Assembly: GCA_963751025.1 (NCBI GenBank)
Contig: CAVVTC010000005.1
Span: 312,304 to 376,303, forward strand
Length of the DNA stretch: 64,000 bases
Reading direction: 5' to 3'
From: an uncultured Acidobacteriota bacterium
Lineage (GTDB): Bacteria > Acidobacteriota > Vicinamibacteria > Vicinamibacterales > UBA2999
The number at the start of each line of letters is the position of its first letter. Positions within the stretch are counted from its first letter, which is position 1. Below the pieces are notes generated by a model. That model did not search any database. It was not told the origin of the DNA and saw only the letters and a program-made list of their open reading frames with translations. This document shows, piece by piece, positions 22,827 to 32,358 of this stretch. The position numbers and the translations under genes were made by a program.

Positions 22827-22837
22827 GAACTGTCATT

Positions 22838-23701
22838 CTATCCTCGTCCCTCCAGCCATCGCCGGAGCGCATCGCGCCACGTCGGCATCGCGAACCCGGT
22901 CGCCGCCAGCTTCCTGGTCGAGAGCGCGCAGTAGCGCGGGCGCGGAACCTTCAGCGGCATCTGGTCCACGGTGATCGGGACCAGACGCGGCTCGATGCCG
23001 AGAATCGCCGCGACCTCGCCGGCCACCTCGAACCAGCTCGCCTGTCCGTCGTTGACACAGTGATACAGGCCAGCCGGCGCCTCGCTCGCCACGAGATGCC
23101 GGGTCGCCGCGGCGACATCCTTCGAGTAACTGGGCGAGACAATCCGGTCGGTGAACACCTTCACGTCCCGCCCCTGCCGGATGCCATCGACGATGTGATC
23201 GAGGGTGCCGCGGCGGCCGGTCCAGCCGGCCGGCGATCCGAACAGGCTCTCGACCCGGAGCACATACGCCCGCGGGACCTCGAGCGCGAACCATTCGCCC
23301 AGCAGCTTGGACGAGGCGTACACACCGGAGGGCGACGGCCGTACGTCTTCGTCGTGGGGCTCGGTGCTCTGGCTGTTGAGGACGAAGTCGGAGCTGTAGT
23401 GCACCAGCATCGCGCCCGCGGCCTCGGCCGCGCGGGCCAGGCTGCGCACGGCCAGCGCGTTGATCGCCAGCGCCTCGCTGGCCCGGTTCTCGGCGCCATC
23501 CACATCGTTGAACGCGGCGCAGTTGACGATGAGGTCTGGCGCGGCGGCGGCGACCGCCGCAGCCACAGCGCCGGCATCGGTCACGTCCAGCGACTGGCGC
23601 GTGAACGCCGTCACCTCGCGATCGGCAAACGCCTGGAGGATAAAGGCGGCGAGCTGTCCGTTGGCCCCTGTGACGAGGACGCGATCGATCGGCAAGATCA
23701 A
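22838..23701 (-). CDS. RmlD-fold NAD(P)-dependent 4-keto-6-deoxy-sugar reductase. Next to gmd, it is likely a GDP-4-keto-6-deoxymannose reductase.
   Basis: TTG start at 23701. Motifs are [31 protein letters not shown] and YASSKLLGE. The frame is intact. Confidence 0.75.
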   Translation of the reverse strand: MILPIDRVLVTGANGQLAAFILQAFADREVTAFTRQSLDVTDAGAVAAAVAAAAPDLIVNCAAFNDVDGAENRASEALAINALAVRSLARAAEAAGAMLVHYSSDFVLNSQSTEPHDEDVRPSPSGVYASSKLLGEWFALEVPRAYVLRVESLFGSPAGWTGRRGTLDHIVDGIRQGRDVKVFTDRIVSPSYSKDVAAATRHLVASEAPAGLYHCVNDGQASWFEVAGEVAAILGIEPRLVPITVDQMPLKVPRPRYCALSTRKLAATGFAMPTWRDALRRWLEGRG

Positions 23702-23717
23702 TAATCGTAATTCAGAG

Positions 23718-24809
23718 ATGGAACAGATCGACACCGTCGTGATCGGCGCCGGCGTGGTCGGACTCGCGGCGGCGTGGTCGCTCGCCGAGCGCGGCCACAG
23801 CGTCTGCGTCCTCGAACGCGAGCCTCGCGCCGGCATGGGCACGAGCACGCACAACAGTCAGGTCATTCATGCCGGCATGTACTATCCGGCCGGCAGCCTC
23901 AAGGCGCGCCACTGCGTCAACGGCGCGCGAATGCTGTACGAATTCTGTGGCAGGCACGGCGTGCCGCACGCCCGAAGCGGCAAGCTGATCGTCGCGCACG
24001 ACGACACGGAGGTCGAGGCGCTCGAGGCGATCCGGCAGCGCGGCGAGGTCAACGGCGTCGAAGGCCTCCGGCTGGTGGACCAGACATTCATCCGCGCGCG
24101 CGAGCCGCACGTGGCCGCGCGCACGGCGCTGTTCTCGCCGAATACCGGCATGCTCGAAGCGGAGGCGCTGGTGCGGACCCTGGTGCGGCTCTGCACCGAT
24201 CGGGACGTGGCGGTGCTTCCCGGCTCACCGCTCGTGGGCGCCGATTCGCGGGCCGACGGCGTCGAGCTGCGCACGAGGGCGGAAACGATCGTCGCGCGAG
24301 CGGTCGTCAACGCCGCCGGCCTCTACGCCGACGAGGTCTCGGCCATGCTCGACGGACAGACGTTCCGGATCTACCCGTGCCGGGGCGAGTACGCCGAGCT
24401 CGTGCCCGCAAAGCGCGGGTTCGTGAACGGCCTCGTCTACCCTCTGCCGCACACGCACGGCCTCGGCGTCCACCTGACCAAGACCATCGCCGGCAACGTC
24501 ACGCTCGGTCCGACGGTGTGCTATCAGAACCGGAAGGACGACTACGAGGACAACCGGCTCCCGATCGAGGCGTTCCTGGAACCGGCACAGCGGCTCCTGC
24601 CCGAGCTGCGGCTGGACGATCTCCGGCTCGGTGGCAGCGGCATTCGAGCGAAGCTCCACCCTCCTGAGCAGTCGTTCTCGGATTTTCTGATTGCGAGGGA
24701 TGAGAAGAACCCGCGCCTGGTTCAGGCCGCGGGCATCGAGTCGCCGGGGCTCACGTCATGCCTGGCGATTGGGGAGCACGTGGCGGGGCTGGTCGAGGAG
24801 ATTCTGTGA
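23718..24809 (+). CDS. FAD-dependent oxidoreductase, L-2-hydroxyglutarate-oxidase-like (LhgO/DAO family)
   Basis: Intact. Motifs are [29 protein letters not shown] and [17 protein letters not shown]. This is the only plus-strand gene in this stretch. Confidence 0.75.
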   Translation: MEQIDTVVIGAGVVGLAAAWSLAERGHSVCVLEREPRAGMGTSTHNSQVIHAGMYYPAGSLKARHCVNGARMLYEFCGRHGVPHARSGKLIVAHDDTEVEALEAIRQRGEVNGVEGLRLVDQTFIRAREPHVAARTALFSPNTGMLEAEALVRTLVRLCTDRDVAVLPGSPLVGADSRADGVELRTRAETIVARAVVNAAGLYADEVSAMLDGQTFRIYPCRGEYAELVPAKRGFVNGLVYPLPHTHGLGVHLTKTIAGNVTLGPTVCYQNRKDDYEDNRLPIEAFLEPAQRLLPELRLDDLRLGGSGIRAKLHPPEQSFSDFLIARDEKNPRLVQAAGIESPGLTSCLAIGEHVAGLVEEIL

Positions 24810-24987
24810 CTGCGCTGCTTCTCACGGTGACTGCACGTGACTGCTCATGTCACGAAACCGCCGAGGCACTGAGGCACGGAGCTTTTTCTTGGACGACTGC
24901 ACGTGCAGTCATGACCAAGACAAGCCTCCGCGCCTCCGTGTCTCCGCGATGTCGTGCGACGAGCGAAGTCATGTGAAGTCACTGCTA
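24806..24987. repeat. Copy A of a ~180-bp palindromic intergenic element whose arms contain 8-bp CCTCCGCG-type tandem units. It spans stop codon to stop codon.
   Basis: The sequence is gtgactgcgc..gtgactgcacgtgactgc..cgaggcactgaggcacggag..gactgcacgtgcagtc..cctccgcgcctccgtgtctccgcg..gaagtcactgctag. It aligns by eye with the reverse complement of 27959-28151. The flanking stops TGA 24807-24809 and TAG (complement of 24985-24987) lie inside its termini. Confidence 0.85.
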
Positions 24988-25840
24988 GACCTTTCGCAGC
25001 TGCCACCAACAGCTCGCGTCGAGCAGCACGCGCGCGAGTACACGCTTCGGATTGAGCGCACCCGGCGCCACATGCGTCGCGTAGTAGAGATACGCGCTCT
25101 CGTGGAACGCCTTGATCGACGCCGCGCGCGCCGTTCGGCTCGAATGGCCGACGCGATGCACCGCGGTGGCTGCGGGCACGTAGCGCACCTCGTGGCCGCG
25201 CGCACGCAGGCGGCGGCAGAGGTCGGCATCCTCCCAGTAGAGAAAGTAGCGCGGGTCGAACCCGTCCACCTCGTCGAACGCACTCCGGCGCACGAGCATG
25301 CAGGCGCCCGACACCCAGTCCACGACCGTGCTCTCGCGGCCGCTGGCCGTCGTGACGACATTGCGCGTTGCGGCCGACGATGATGGCAGCAGTCGCCGCA
25401 GCGGGCTGGTGCGACCGAAGAGTCCGGTGAGCATGTCCGGATCGCCGCGCGCGCTTCCCTGCACCGAGCCGTCAGGGTCGAGCACGCGCGGTCCGACGAT
25501 CGCGCGCCGCGGATGCGCCTCGAGCTCGGCCCGCATCGCGGCGACCGCCCCGCGCGCGAGCGCGGCAGTCGGGGTTGATGATCAGCACGAGCGGCGCGCT
25601 CGACGCGGCAACGCCCTGGTTGACGCCGCGGCCGAACCCGACGTTGGCCGTGTTCCGCACGATGCGCGCGTGAGGCGCGAACTCCGCGGCGATGTCGGCG
25701 CTGCCGTCCTCCGACGCGTTGTCCACGACCACGGCTTCCCATGCCCGGCCGGTCATCTCGTCGGCAATCGATCGCAGCGCCGCGCGGAGCTCGTCCCCGG
25801 CGTTGTAGTTGACGATCACCGCCGCCAGCTCCGGCGTCAC
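24985..25840 (-). CDS. Family 2 glycosyltransferase (second of a pair), with a frame change near 25540
   Basis: GTG 25840 overlaps the upstream stop (GTGA). Motifs are AAVIVNYNAGDEL, VVVDNASEDGS, ANVGFGRGVNQG and IINPDC, then YWEDADLCRR in the next frame. Confidence 0.8.
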
Positions 25841-26845
25841 CGGTTGTCTCCGGCCAGATCCAGATCGAACTGCTTCTCGCGCCGCTTCGTCGCCAGCCAG
25901 CGCGGCTCGAGGAGCGGCCAGATCGCATCGGCGCCCACGCGTCGTGTCCGCTGGACGTGGCCGCGCTTGCGAAGCAGACGCGGCAGGCCCGCGAGCGCCG
26001 ACCACTTGGCGCGGAGAAAAGGACCGAGCAGGCCCGATGCGCGTGAAGTGCACGGCCGCGGCGGCCGTGTAGACCAGGTGCCCGGGCATCGTCCGCAGCA
26101 GCAGCCACGCCGGCGTGTTCTTGAGATACATCCACTCGAGGTTGCGCTGACCGTGAAAGACGGCGAACGGGCTGATGCGTCCGAGCGTCGCGCTGCCGTG
26201 ATGCCGCACCACGGCGTCGGCCACATAGCGGCACCGGTAGCCGAGCAGCCGCGCACGATAGGAGAGATCGACGTCCTCGTGCGAGACGAAGAAGTCCTCG
26301 TCGAATCCGCCGAGCTCGTCGAACACCTGTCTGGGAATCACGCACGCCGCGCCGCAGACGCCGAACACCTCACCCGATTCCGTGGCGGCATCGACGCTGG
26401 CGCCGTGGTGCCGCTTGAAGGCGCCGCCCCATCGCAGCAGGCCGTCGCCGGCGCTGTCGATGACACGTGGATCGTGCATGTAGACGATGCGGGACGTCGC
26501 CAGCGCGTTGGGGCCACCGGCGTCGCGGCCGCGCAGCAGCGCCTGCAGCCATCCGGGCTCCGGCACGGTGTCGTTGTTGAGCAGGACCACGAAGCGGCCG
26601 CGCGCCTCGCGCACGCCGGCGTTGTTGCCGCCGGCAAAGCCGCGGTTGTCGTTCAGCGCGACCAGCCGGACCCACGGGAACCGCTCGCGCACGAACGCGG
26701 CCGTGCCGTCAGTGGATCCGTTGTCCACGAGAAGCGTCTCGGCATCCACGCCCTGCTGGGCGGCGACTGCCGTCAGGCACGCCTCCAGATACTGGCGCCC
26801 GTTCCAGCTGACGATCACGATCGAGGCGAGCGGCTCGTTGCTCAT
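25837..26845 (-). CDS. Family 2 glycosyltransferase (first of a pair), with a frame change near 26035
   Basis: Motifs are SIVIVSWNGRQYLEACL, LLVDNGSTDGT, NDNRGFAGGNN, LLNNDT and HEDVDLSYR. The C-terminal end continues in the frame of ORF 25837..26256. Confidence 0.8.
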
Positions 26846-27958
26846 CGCGCCGGACGACTGTCCGCAACCTGTCGATACACGTCGAGGGTGAGGCGTGCCG
26901 TGCGCGCCCACGTGAACTCCGACGCCCGCGCCAGGCCGGCCGCGCGCATCCGTCCTCTGTGCCACTCGTCAGTGATCACCCGCGCAATCTCCGTCCGCCC
27001 AGCCGGGTTCGTCGTCGGGATCCAGCAGCACACCAGCCTCGCCGAGCACTTCGGGGATCGACGCGGCACGCGACGCGATCACCGGCGTGCCGCAGGCCAT
27101 GGCCTCGAGCACCGGCAGACCGAAGCCTTCATAGCGCGACGGATACACGAGCGCCGCCGCACTTCGATACAAGCGTCAGGAGTTGGGCGTCGGTCACCGT
27201 GCCGAGACAGACCACCGCGTCAGGCGAGTTCGCCTCCCGTGCGTACGCCCGTAGACGATCGCCGATGCCGCGATCGACGCCCGCCAGCGCCAGTGACAAG
27301 CGGCGGCATACCGGGGCGTCGCTGCGCCTCGAGCATGGCATCGAACGACCAGCGGCAGGTTGCGCCGCTCGTGCAGGTCGCCGACGTGCAGCAGGAACGG
27401 CGTCGTCAGACCTGCCGGCAGCGCGTCCCTCGTCGTGCCGTCCGCGGGTGTGAAGTGACTGGACACGCCCAGCGGCGCCACGGTGATCCGTTCGCGCGGA
27501 ATCGAATACGCGGCGGCGATCTCGCCGGCCGAGAACTCGGAATCGGTCAGCACGTGCGCGGCCGCGTGTGCGCTGCGGCGATAGAAGAGGCGGCGCAGCC
27601 CGTCGCGGCGGTACGGATACCACTCCGGGTGACGCTCGTAGCTGACGTCGTGAATGGTCACGACAAGGGGAACGCTCGACCACAGTGGCGCGGTGTACGC
27701 CGGGGCATGAATCACATCGACGCGGGCCCGGGCTGCCGCGCGCGGGAGGCCCACGGTGCTCCAGCCGAGATTCGTCGGCGGATGCCGCGGCTCGTCGATA
27801 CGACCGAGACCCGCGGGCACGGCATCGCGCGATCCGCCGAGCGCCACCAACTCGAGATCCCCGCCCACGGCTCTCAGCGCCGGTACAAGCCCGGAAACGT
27901 ATCGCCGCACGCCGGCCGCCGGTGAGCTGAAACTGCGGCCGTCGATGCCGACGCGAAG
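26842..27958 (-). CDS. Family 4 (GT-B) glycosyltransferase, with at least 3 frame changes and no canonical start at the conserved N-terminus
   Basis: [21 protein letters not shown].. begins directly after an in-frame TAG at the edge of repeat B. Later come [11 protein letters not shown] and [26 protein letters not shown] (E-x7-E). The stop overlaps the next ATG (ATGA, 26842-26845). Confidence 0.75.
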
Positions 27959-28151
27959 CTACCTGACGTGACTGACTGCGCATGACTTCACATGTCCACG
28001 AACCGCGGAGACGCGGAGACGCGGAGGCTTTCTTCCGTCAATGACTGCACGTGCAGTCACCAAGAAAAGAATCCTCCGCGCCTCCGCGCCTCCGCGGTTT
28101 CGTGAACAAGAGCAGTCACGTGCAGTCATCGTGAGCAGCATGTGCGAGTCA
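27959..28151. repeat. Copy B of the ~180-bp palindromic element, inverted relative to copy A
   Basis: The sequence is gtgactgactgcgcatgacttcacatg..cgcggagacgcggagacgcggagg..gactgcacgtgcagtc..cctccgcgcctccgcgcctccgcgg..cagtcacgtgcagtcatcgtgagc..gagtcac. It occupies the whole spacer between the GT4 N-terminus and the stop at 28149. Confidence 0.85.
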
Positions 28152-29942
28152 CGTAATCTCCATGTGAAGCGGCGCACTGGCCGCTCCAGCGCCGCGCACA
28201 CCTGCCGGATCTGCACTTCGACGTTGCCGTTGATCGCCGGGCTGCTGAGGACCACTTCGTCCACCCTGTAGGCGCGCATCACCTGCTCGAGCTGATCGAG
28301 CGGACCGTGCACCGGCACGCCGACGATCCAGCGGTGCGCCTTCAGCGGGTCGTCGTCGATGAATCCAATCGGGTTCATGCTCCAGGCGGCATTGGCGCGC
28401 ATCTCGCGCACCAGCAGCTGGCCGAAGCCGCCGGCGCCGTAGACGAGGACGCGGCGGCTCTGCTTGTTGCGCGTCCGAGGCCACCAGGTTCATCATCTGG
28501 AACGACACGCGCGTGGTGATGATGGCCGCGGCCAGCAGCAGCGCGTCGAGGACGAACACGACGCGCGAGAACCCTCGCCGCGATAGAGGTAGTACGAGGC
28601 CACCACCGCCAGCAGCGATCCGATGCCCACGCCCCGGACGACCGCCGTGAGATCGCGCAGGCCGAACGTCTCCCACGATCGCTGATAGAGACCGGAGCCG
28701 TAGCAGCGCCGCGAGCTTGCACCCGAGCACGACGGGCAGCGAGGCGGTGAAGTACGGCAGGAACGGGTCGAGGCTCTCGCCGTCGAAACGCAGCCGGTAG
28801 GCGGCGTAGTAGCACACCGTGATGAGGACGAGATCGAGCAGCACCTGACCGGCATGCCAGCGGAACGCCAGGTCCTTGAGAAACGGCGCGAACGACGACT
28901 TCTGCAGCGCGACGAAGTCCTGCGCGTTGTAGGCCGGCACGCGCGCGAGGTAGATGCCGATCAGGATGACGATCACGCCGAACAGCGCGACGAACGGCAG
29001 CATCGGCTCGACGGCGCTGAATTTCTGCAGCCCCCACGCGGTCATGCCGCCGACCAGGCCGAAGAGATACAGAATCCGCACCGCGCTCCGCTCGGAGAAG
29101 CCGAGCGACACCAGCCGATGCGAGACGTGATCGGTGCCGCCCTTGCTCGCCTTGCGCCCGGCGAGCCGCCGCAGCACCAGCACGAACGCCGTGTCGAACA
29201 GCGGCACGACGAGGATCAGCACGACGAGCACCGCCGGGCTGACGAACGCGACGCGGGCGTTGAAGATCGGCACGAGCGAGGCGCCGGCCAGCACCGCGCC
29301 GATGAACAGGCTTCCGCAGTCGCCCATGAACAGCCGCGCCCGCGGACGGTTCCAGTAGAGGAACCCGACCAGCGCGCCGGCCAGCGCGACGAGCAGCAGG
29401 ACCAGCATCGAGCCGAGCGAGGGAGCCAGGAGCGCGGCGAGAAACGCCGTGGCGATGAGCGCCACGCCCGTCGCCAGGCCGTCCATGTTGTCGAGCAGGT
29501 TCAGCGCATGGCACATGCCGGCGAACCACACCGTACCGAGCAGCGTGTAGCTCCACGGCAGCGCGCCGGCCGGCTCCGCTCCCGCGAGCGCGAAGACCAG
29601 GAAGGCGCCGATCGCCAGCGACGCGACCAGCTTGGCAATCGGCGACAGCTGCAGGCGGTCGTCGAAGAAGCCGACCACGAACATCGCCAGCGCCGCCAGG
29701 AGCACCCACGCCCACGCCGACGCCTGCGACGCGGAGTCCGGGCTGATCAGGCCCACGATCGTGAACCCGACGATGGTCGCCAGCGCGATCGCGATCCCGC
29801 CCATCGTCGGCGTCGGCTTGGTGCTCCAGCGATCCGGCCGCGGCGGGACGACCGCGCCGATCACCGGCGCGACGCGGCGCACGGCGGCACCGAGCGCAAC
29901 GGCTGTCGCCGTGGCGATCACGAAGCTGAGGAGAGCAATCAC
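28149..29942 (-). CDS. WecA/MraY-family polyprenyl-phosphate N-acetylhexosamine-1-phosphate transferase. It is fused to a C-terminal TM + Rossmann-like extension. There are at least 3 frame changes and the 3' end is ambiguous (28149, or read-through to 27959).
   Basis: Motifs are FFDDRLQLSP, NLLDNMDGLA, FMGDCGSLFIG and VPLFDTAFVLVLR. Extra TM helices follow. Then RRVLVYGAGGFGQLLVREMRANAAWSMNPIGFIDDDPLKAHRWIVGVPVHGPLDQLEQVMRAYRVDEVVLSSP. Confidence 0.8.
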   Translation of the reverse strand: MIALLSFVIATATAVALGAAVRRVAPVIGAVVPPRPDRWSTKPTPTMGGIAIALATIVGFTIVGLISPDSASQASAWAWVLLAALAMFVVGFFDDRLQLSPIAKLVASLAIGAFLVFALAGAEPAGALPWSYTLLGTVWFAGMCHALNLLDNMDGLATGVALIATAFLAALLAPSLGSMLVLLLVALAGALVGFLYWNRPRARLFMGDCGSLFIGAVLAGASLVPIFNARVAFVSPAVLVVLILVVPLFDTAFVLVLRRLAGRKASKGGTDHVSHRLVSLGFSERSAVRILYLFGLVGGMTAWGLQKFSAVEPMLPFVALFGVIVILIGIYLARVPAYNAQDFVALQKSSFAPFLKDLAFRWHAGQVLLDLVLITVCYYAAYRLRFDGESLDPFLPYFTASLPVVLGCKLAALLRLRSLSAIVGDVRPARSHGGRPGRGHRIAAGGGGLVLPLSRRGFSRVVFVLDALLLAAAIITTRVSFQMMNLVASDAQQAEPPRPRLRRRRLRPAAGARDARQCRLEHEPDWIHRRRPAEGAPLDRRRAGARSARSARAGDARLQGGRSGPQQPGDQRQRRSADPAGVRGAGAASAPLHMEIT

Positions 29943-29958
29943 AAAGCGGATGTGTAAA

Positions 29959-31675
29959 TCACGAATTCACAAGCTGCGGCGTGCGCGCCGCCTTGTCGCG
30001 GAGCACGAAGGGCCCCCTGCCAAGGATGCCGTCGCAGATTGTATCCAGTCCGTCGGACTCCCCGGGAAGCAACTGCCGCAGGCGTCGAGCTTGAGCCGGT
30101 AGATCGGATAGCCCGCCTTGGGCTCGATAAACGGCAGCGGAATCATCCGGTTGAAGAAGAAATGGTAGGCGTAGCGCCGCGCCCGTGAGAGCTGGGCCGG
30201 GCCAAGCCGCTCCGGGAACGGCAGACGCTCGAGGATCCGGAAGTATTCCTCGGGTGTCTGGCGTCGTGGGTCAGGCCCTTGTTGCGAATCCACGCCTCGC
30301 CGGCGACGATGACCGGCAGCCCCACGCTGGTCAGCTCGACGCCCATCTTGGTGCCGTAGATGATGGCGCTGTTGCACAGCGACATCAGCGCGTAGGTGCT
30401 CATCCCGCTCTCCGGCGGCACGACGAGGATGTTCGGCGCGCAGCACGGGTATGTGCTTGCGCAGCTCACCGAGGATCGGCTGCCGCGAGGGCGGGAATCC
30501 GCTGATCTCCGCGGGATGGACCCGAACGAGCAGCTGCAGATCGGGCCGCGTCGCGAAGTACCGGCACGTCTGGACCAGCCACTCGAGCATGTTCGGGAAC
30601 GCGTTGGCCGGGTAGTGCAGCTGCGCGTCCCACGACACGTTCGTCAGCAGGCCGATCACCGGACGGTCGGCGATCGAGCCCGATCGTCGTCGCGATGTCC
30701 GGCGCGTCCTGCGTCGTCGGGCGATGGAACACGATCCAGTCGAACATGCCCTCGCGCCGGCTGGCGAGGTACTGCATCAGCTCGCGCTCCTGCGCGGCGG
30801 TGAGCTCGTGGCCCTCCCACTGCGACGTCGGCTCGGTCATCAGCGTGTGGTGATAGGTGTCGTCGTGGCTGAAGATGAAGCGCCGCTTGCGGTAGGCGAC
30901 GTTCCAGGTGGAGACGCTGACGCGCTCCTGCCGCGCGACCTCGCCGACGAGGCCCCACGGCACGTAGATGCCGTGCGTGAAGACCGCCGACGAGAACCCG
31001 ACGGCCTTGATCAGCCGGCGGGTCGCGAACGTCGTCAGCAGCGCCGACTCGAGATAGCGGCGCAGCACGGCCTCGCCGCGCGGCTCGTCGTCGAGCGAGC
31101 CGGTCGCGAAGAATCGCAGCGCGCCGGCGTGGGCGTGCTCGCCGATCGCCAGGCCGTCGCAGCGTGAAGCCCTCGATCTGATCGTGCGGCAGCGTGGTCG
31201 CCATGCGCCGCGCCTCGGCGCGATGGTCGGCGGTCAGCCAGTCGCCGTAGCGATGGACCTTGAGCCCGAGCTGCGCGTAGACGCGTTCGGCCGGCCACTG
31301 ACAGTCGCGGCACAGATCGCGCGACGGCCCGTGCTCGACGAACCTGGCGACGTTGGGATAGAGCGAGGCTTCGCACTCAGCGCACGCCGTCATCGCGCCG
31401 TCGCAGAGCAGCGCGTGCACCTCGGCGCCGCGGAAGGTCAGGGCCGCGGCCAGCGCGCTTTCGAGCGTCACGGCATGCGCGTACGAGCCGATCGAGGTGG
31501 CCATCAGCACGCGCGGGCCGCCAGCCGCGGCGGCGCGCGCGGACTGCCAGCGCTCCGGATCGGCGGCGACCAGTTGACGCCAGTCCGGATAGGCGCCGGC
31601 ACGCGCGTGGTACCAGCGCCGCGCCAGCCGCGTCGCGCGCCAGAGCCGCGGGAAGCGGCGGATGCCGTGCTTCAT
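29959..31675 (-). CDS. Capsule-polysaccharide-biosynthesis-type (KpsS/KpsC-like, GT-B-like) protein with a Cys-rich N-terminal region, with at least 5 frame changes
   Basis: ATG 31675 opens MKHGIRRF... Later come LLCDGAMTACAECEAS..LCRDCQWP, ..LLVRVHPAEISGF.. and ..STYALMSLCNSAIIYGTKMGVELTSVGLPVIVAGEAWIRNKGLT. The sensible tail LLPGESDGLDTICDGILGRGPFVLR ends at TGA (complement of 29959-29961). Confidence 0.45.
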
Positions 31676-32358
31676 GCCGGGCGCGCCCCGATCGATCAGG
31701 CGGGCAAACTCCTCGGCCGACGGCAGCTCGCTGAAGGCGCGCCACGGACGATGCGATTCGAGCTCGTCGAGCGTGTAGCCGCCGGTCGCGACCGCAATCG
31801 TCCTCGCGCCGATGGCGTTGGCGCACTCGATGTCGTGCGGCGTGTCGCCGATGACGAACACGCCATCATCGGCAACCGGACCCGCCGCGCGCGCCAGCTC
31901 CAGCGCGCGTGTGGCAATGCGTCGCCCGGTCGCCCGCGTCCTCGGCGAACGCGCCGTCGAGGAAGTAGTGGAACAGGTCGTAGTGCGTGAGCTTGGCGCG
32001 GGCGCCGCCGCGCGTGTTGCCGGTGAGCAGGTACGACCGGACGTCGGTCCGGCCGCGCAGGTGCTCGAGAATCTCGCGCACGTTCGGGAGCACGCGGCCC
32101 TGTTTCTTTGGCAGCTCCGTCGGCAGCAGCTCCTCGTAGCGGCCGACCATTCGCCGGATGGTCGCCTCGTCGGCTGGGACCTCGAGCATCTCGAACGTGC
32201 GAACGGCGATCTGATAGTCGGTCAGGCCGGCCACTCGAAACGACGACAGCTGGAAATCCCGCTGGACGATCTCGTAGACGGCCTGCTCCCACGCCGGTAC
32301 GCCTGCCTTGCCGGTCGTCAGCAGCGTGCCGTCGATGTCCCAGAACAGATACGATCAT
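31672..32358 (-). CDS. HAD-superfamily phosphatase, with at least 2 frame changes. The stop is inferred from the ATGA overlap at 31672-31675.
   Basis: ATG 32358, then after a shift YLFWDIDGTLLTTGKAG (DxDxT), LLTGNTR and VIGDTPHDIECANAIGARTIAVATG. Confidence 0.7.

Noticed and set aside
24860-24950. Possible CRISPR array from the short tandem repeats (8-bp CCTCCGCG units; 7-bp units at 4093-4188)
   Set aside because: The units are only 7-8 bp and directly abutting, with no spacers. They are arranged as two complementary arms of a hairpin, and no cas genes are in the window.
25298-27925. Very long ORFs in the track with Arg/Pro/Gly/Ala-rich translations. Examples are 25298..27925 + (875 aa), 21048..22934 + (628 aa), 44561..46462 + (633 aa), 13088..14614 + (508 aa) and 45..1529 + (494 aa).
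   Set aside because: They lie antisense to, or out of frame with, genes that have clear family motifs. They have extreme low-complexity composition and no motifs. Stop-poor shadow ORFs are expected at this GC content.
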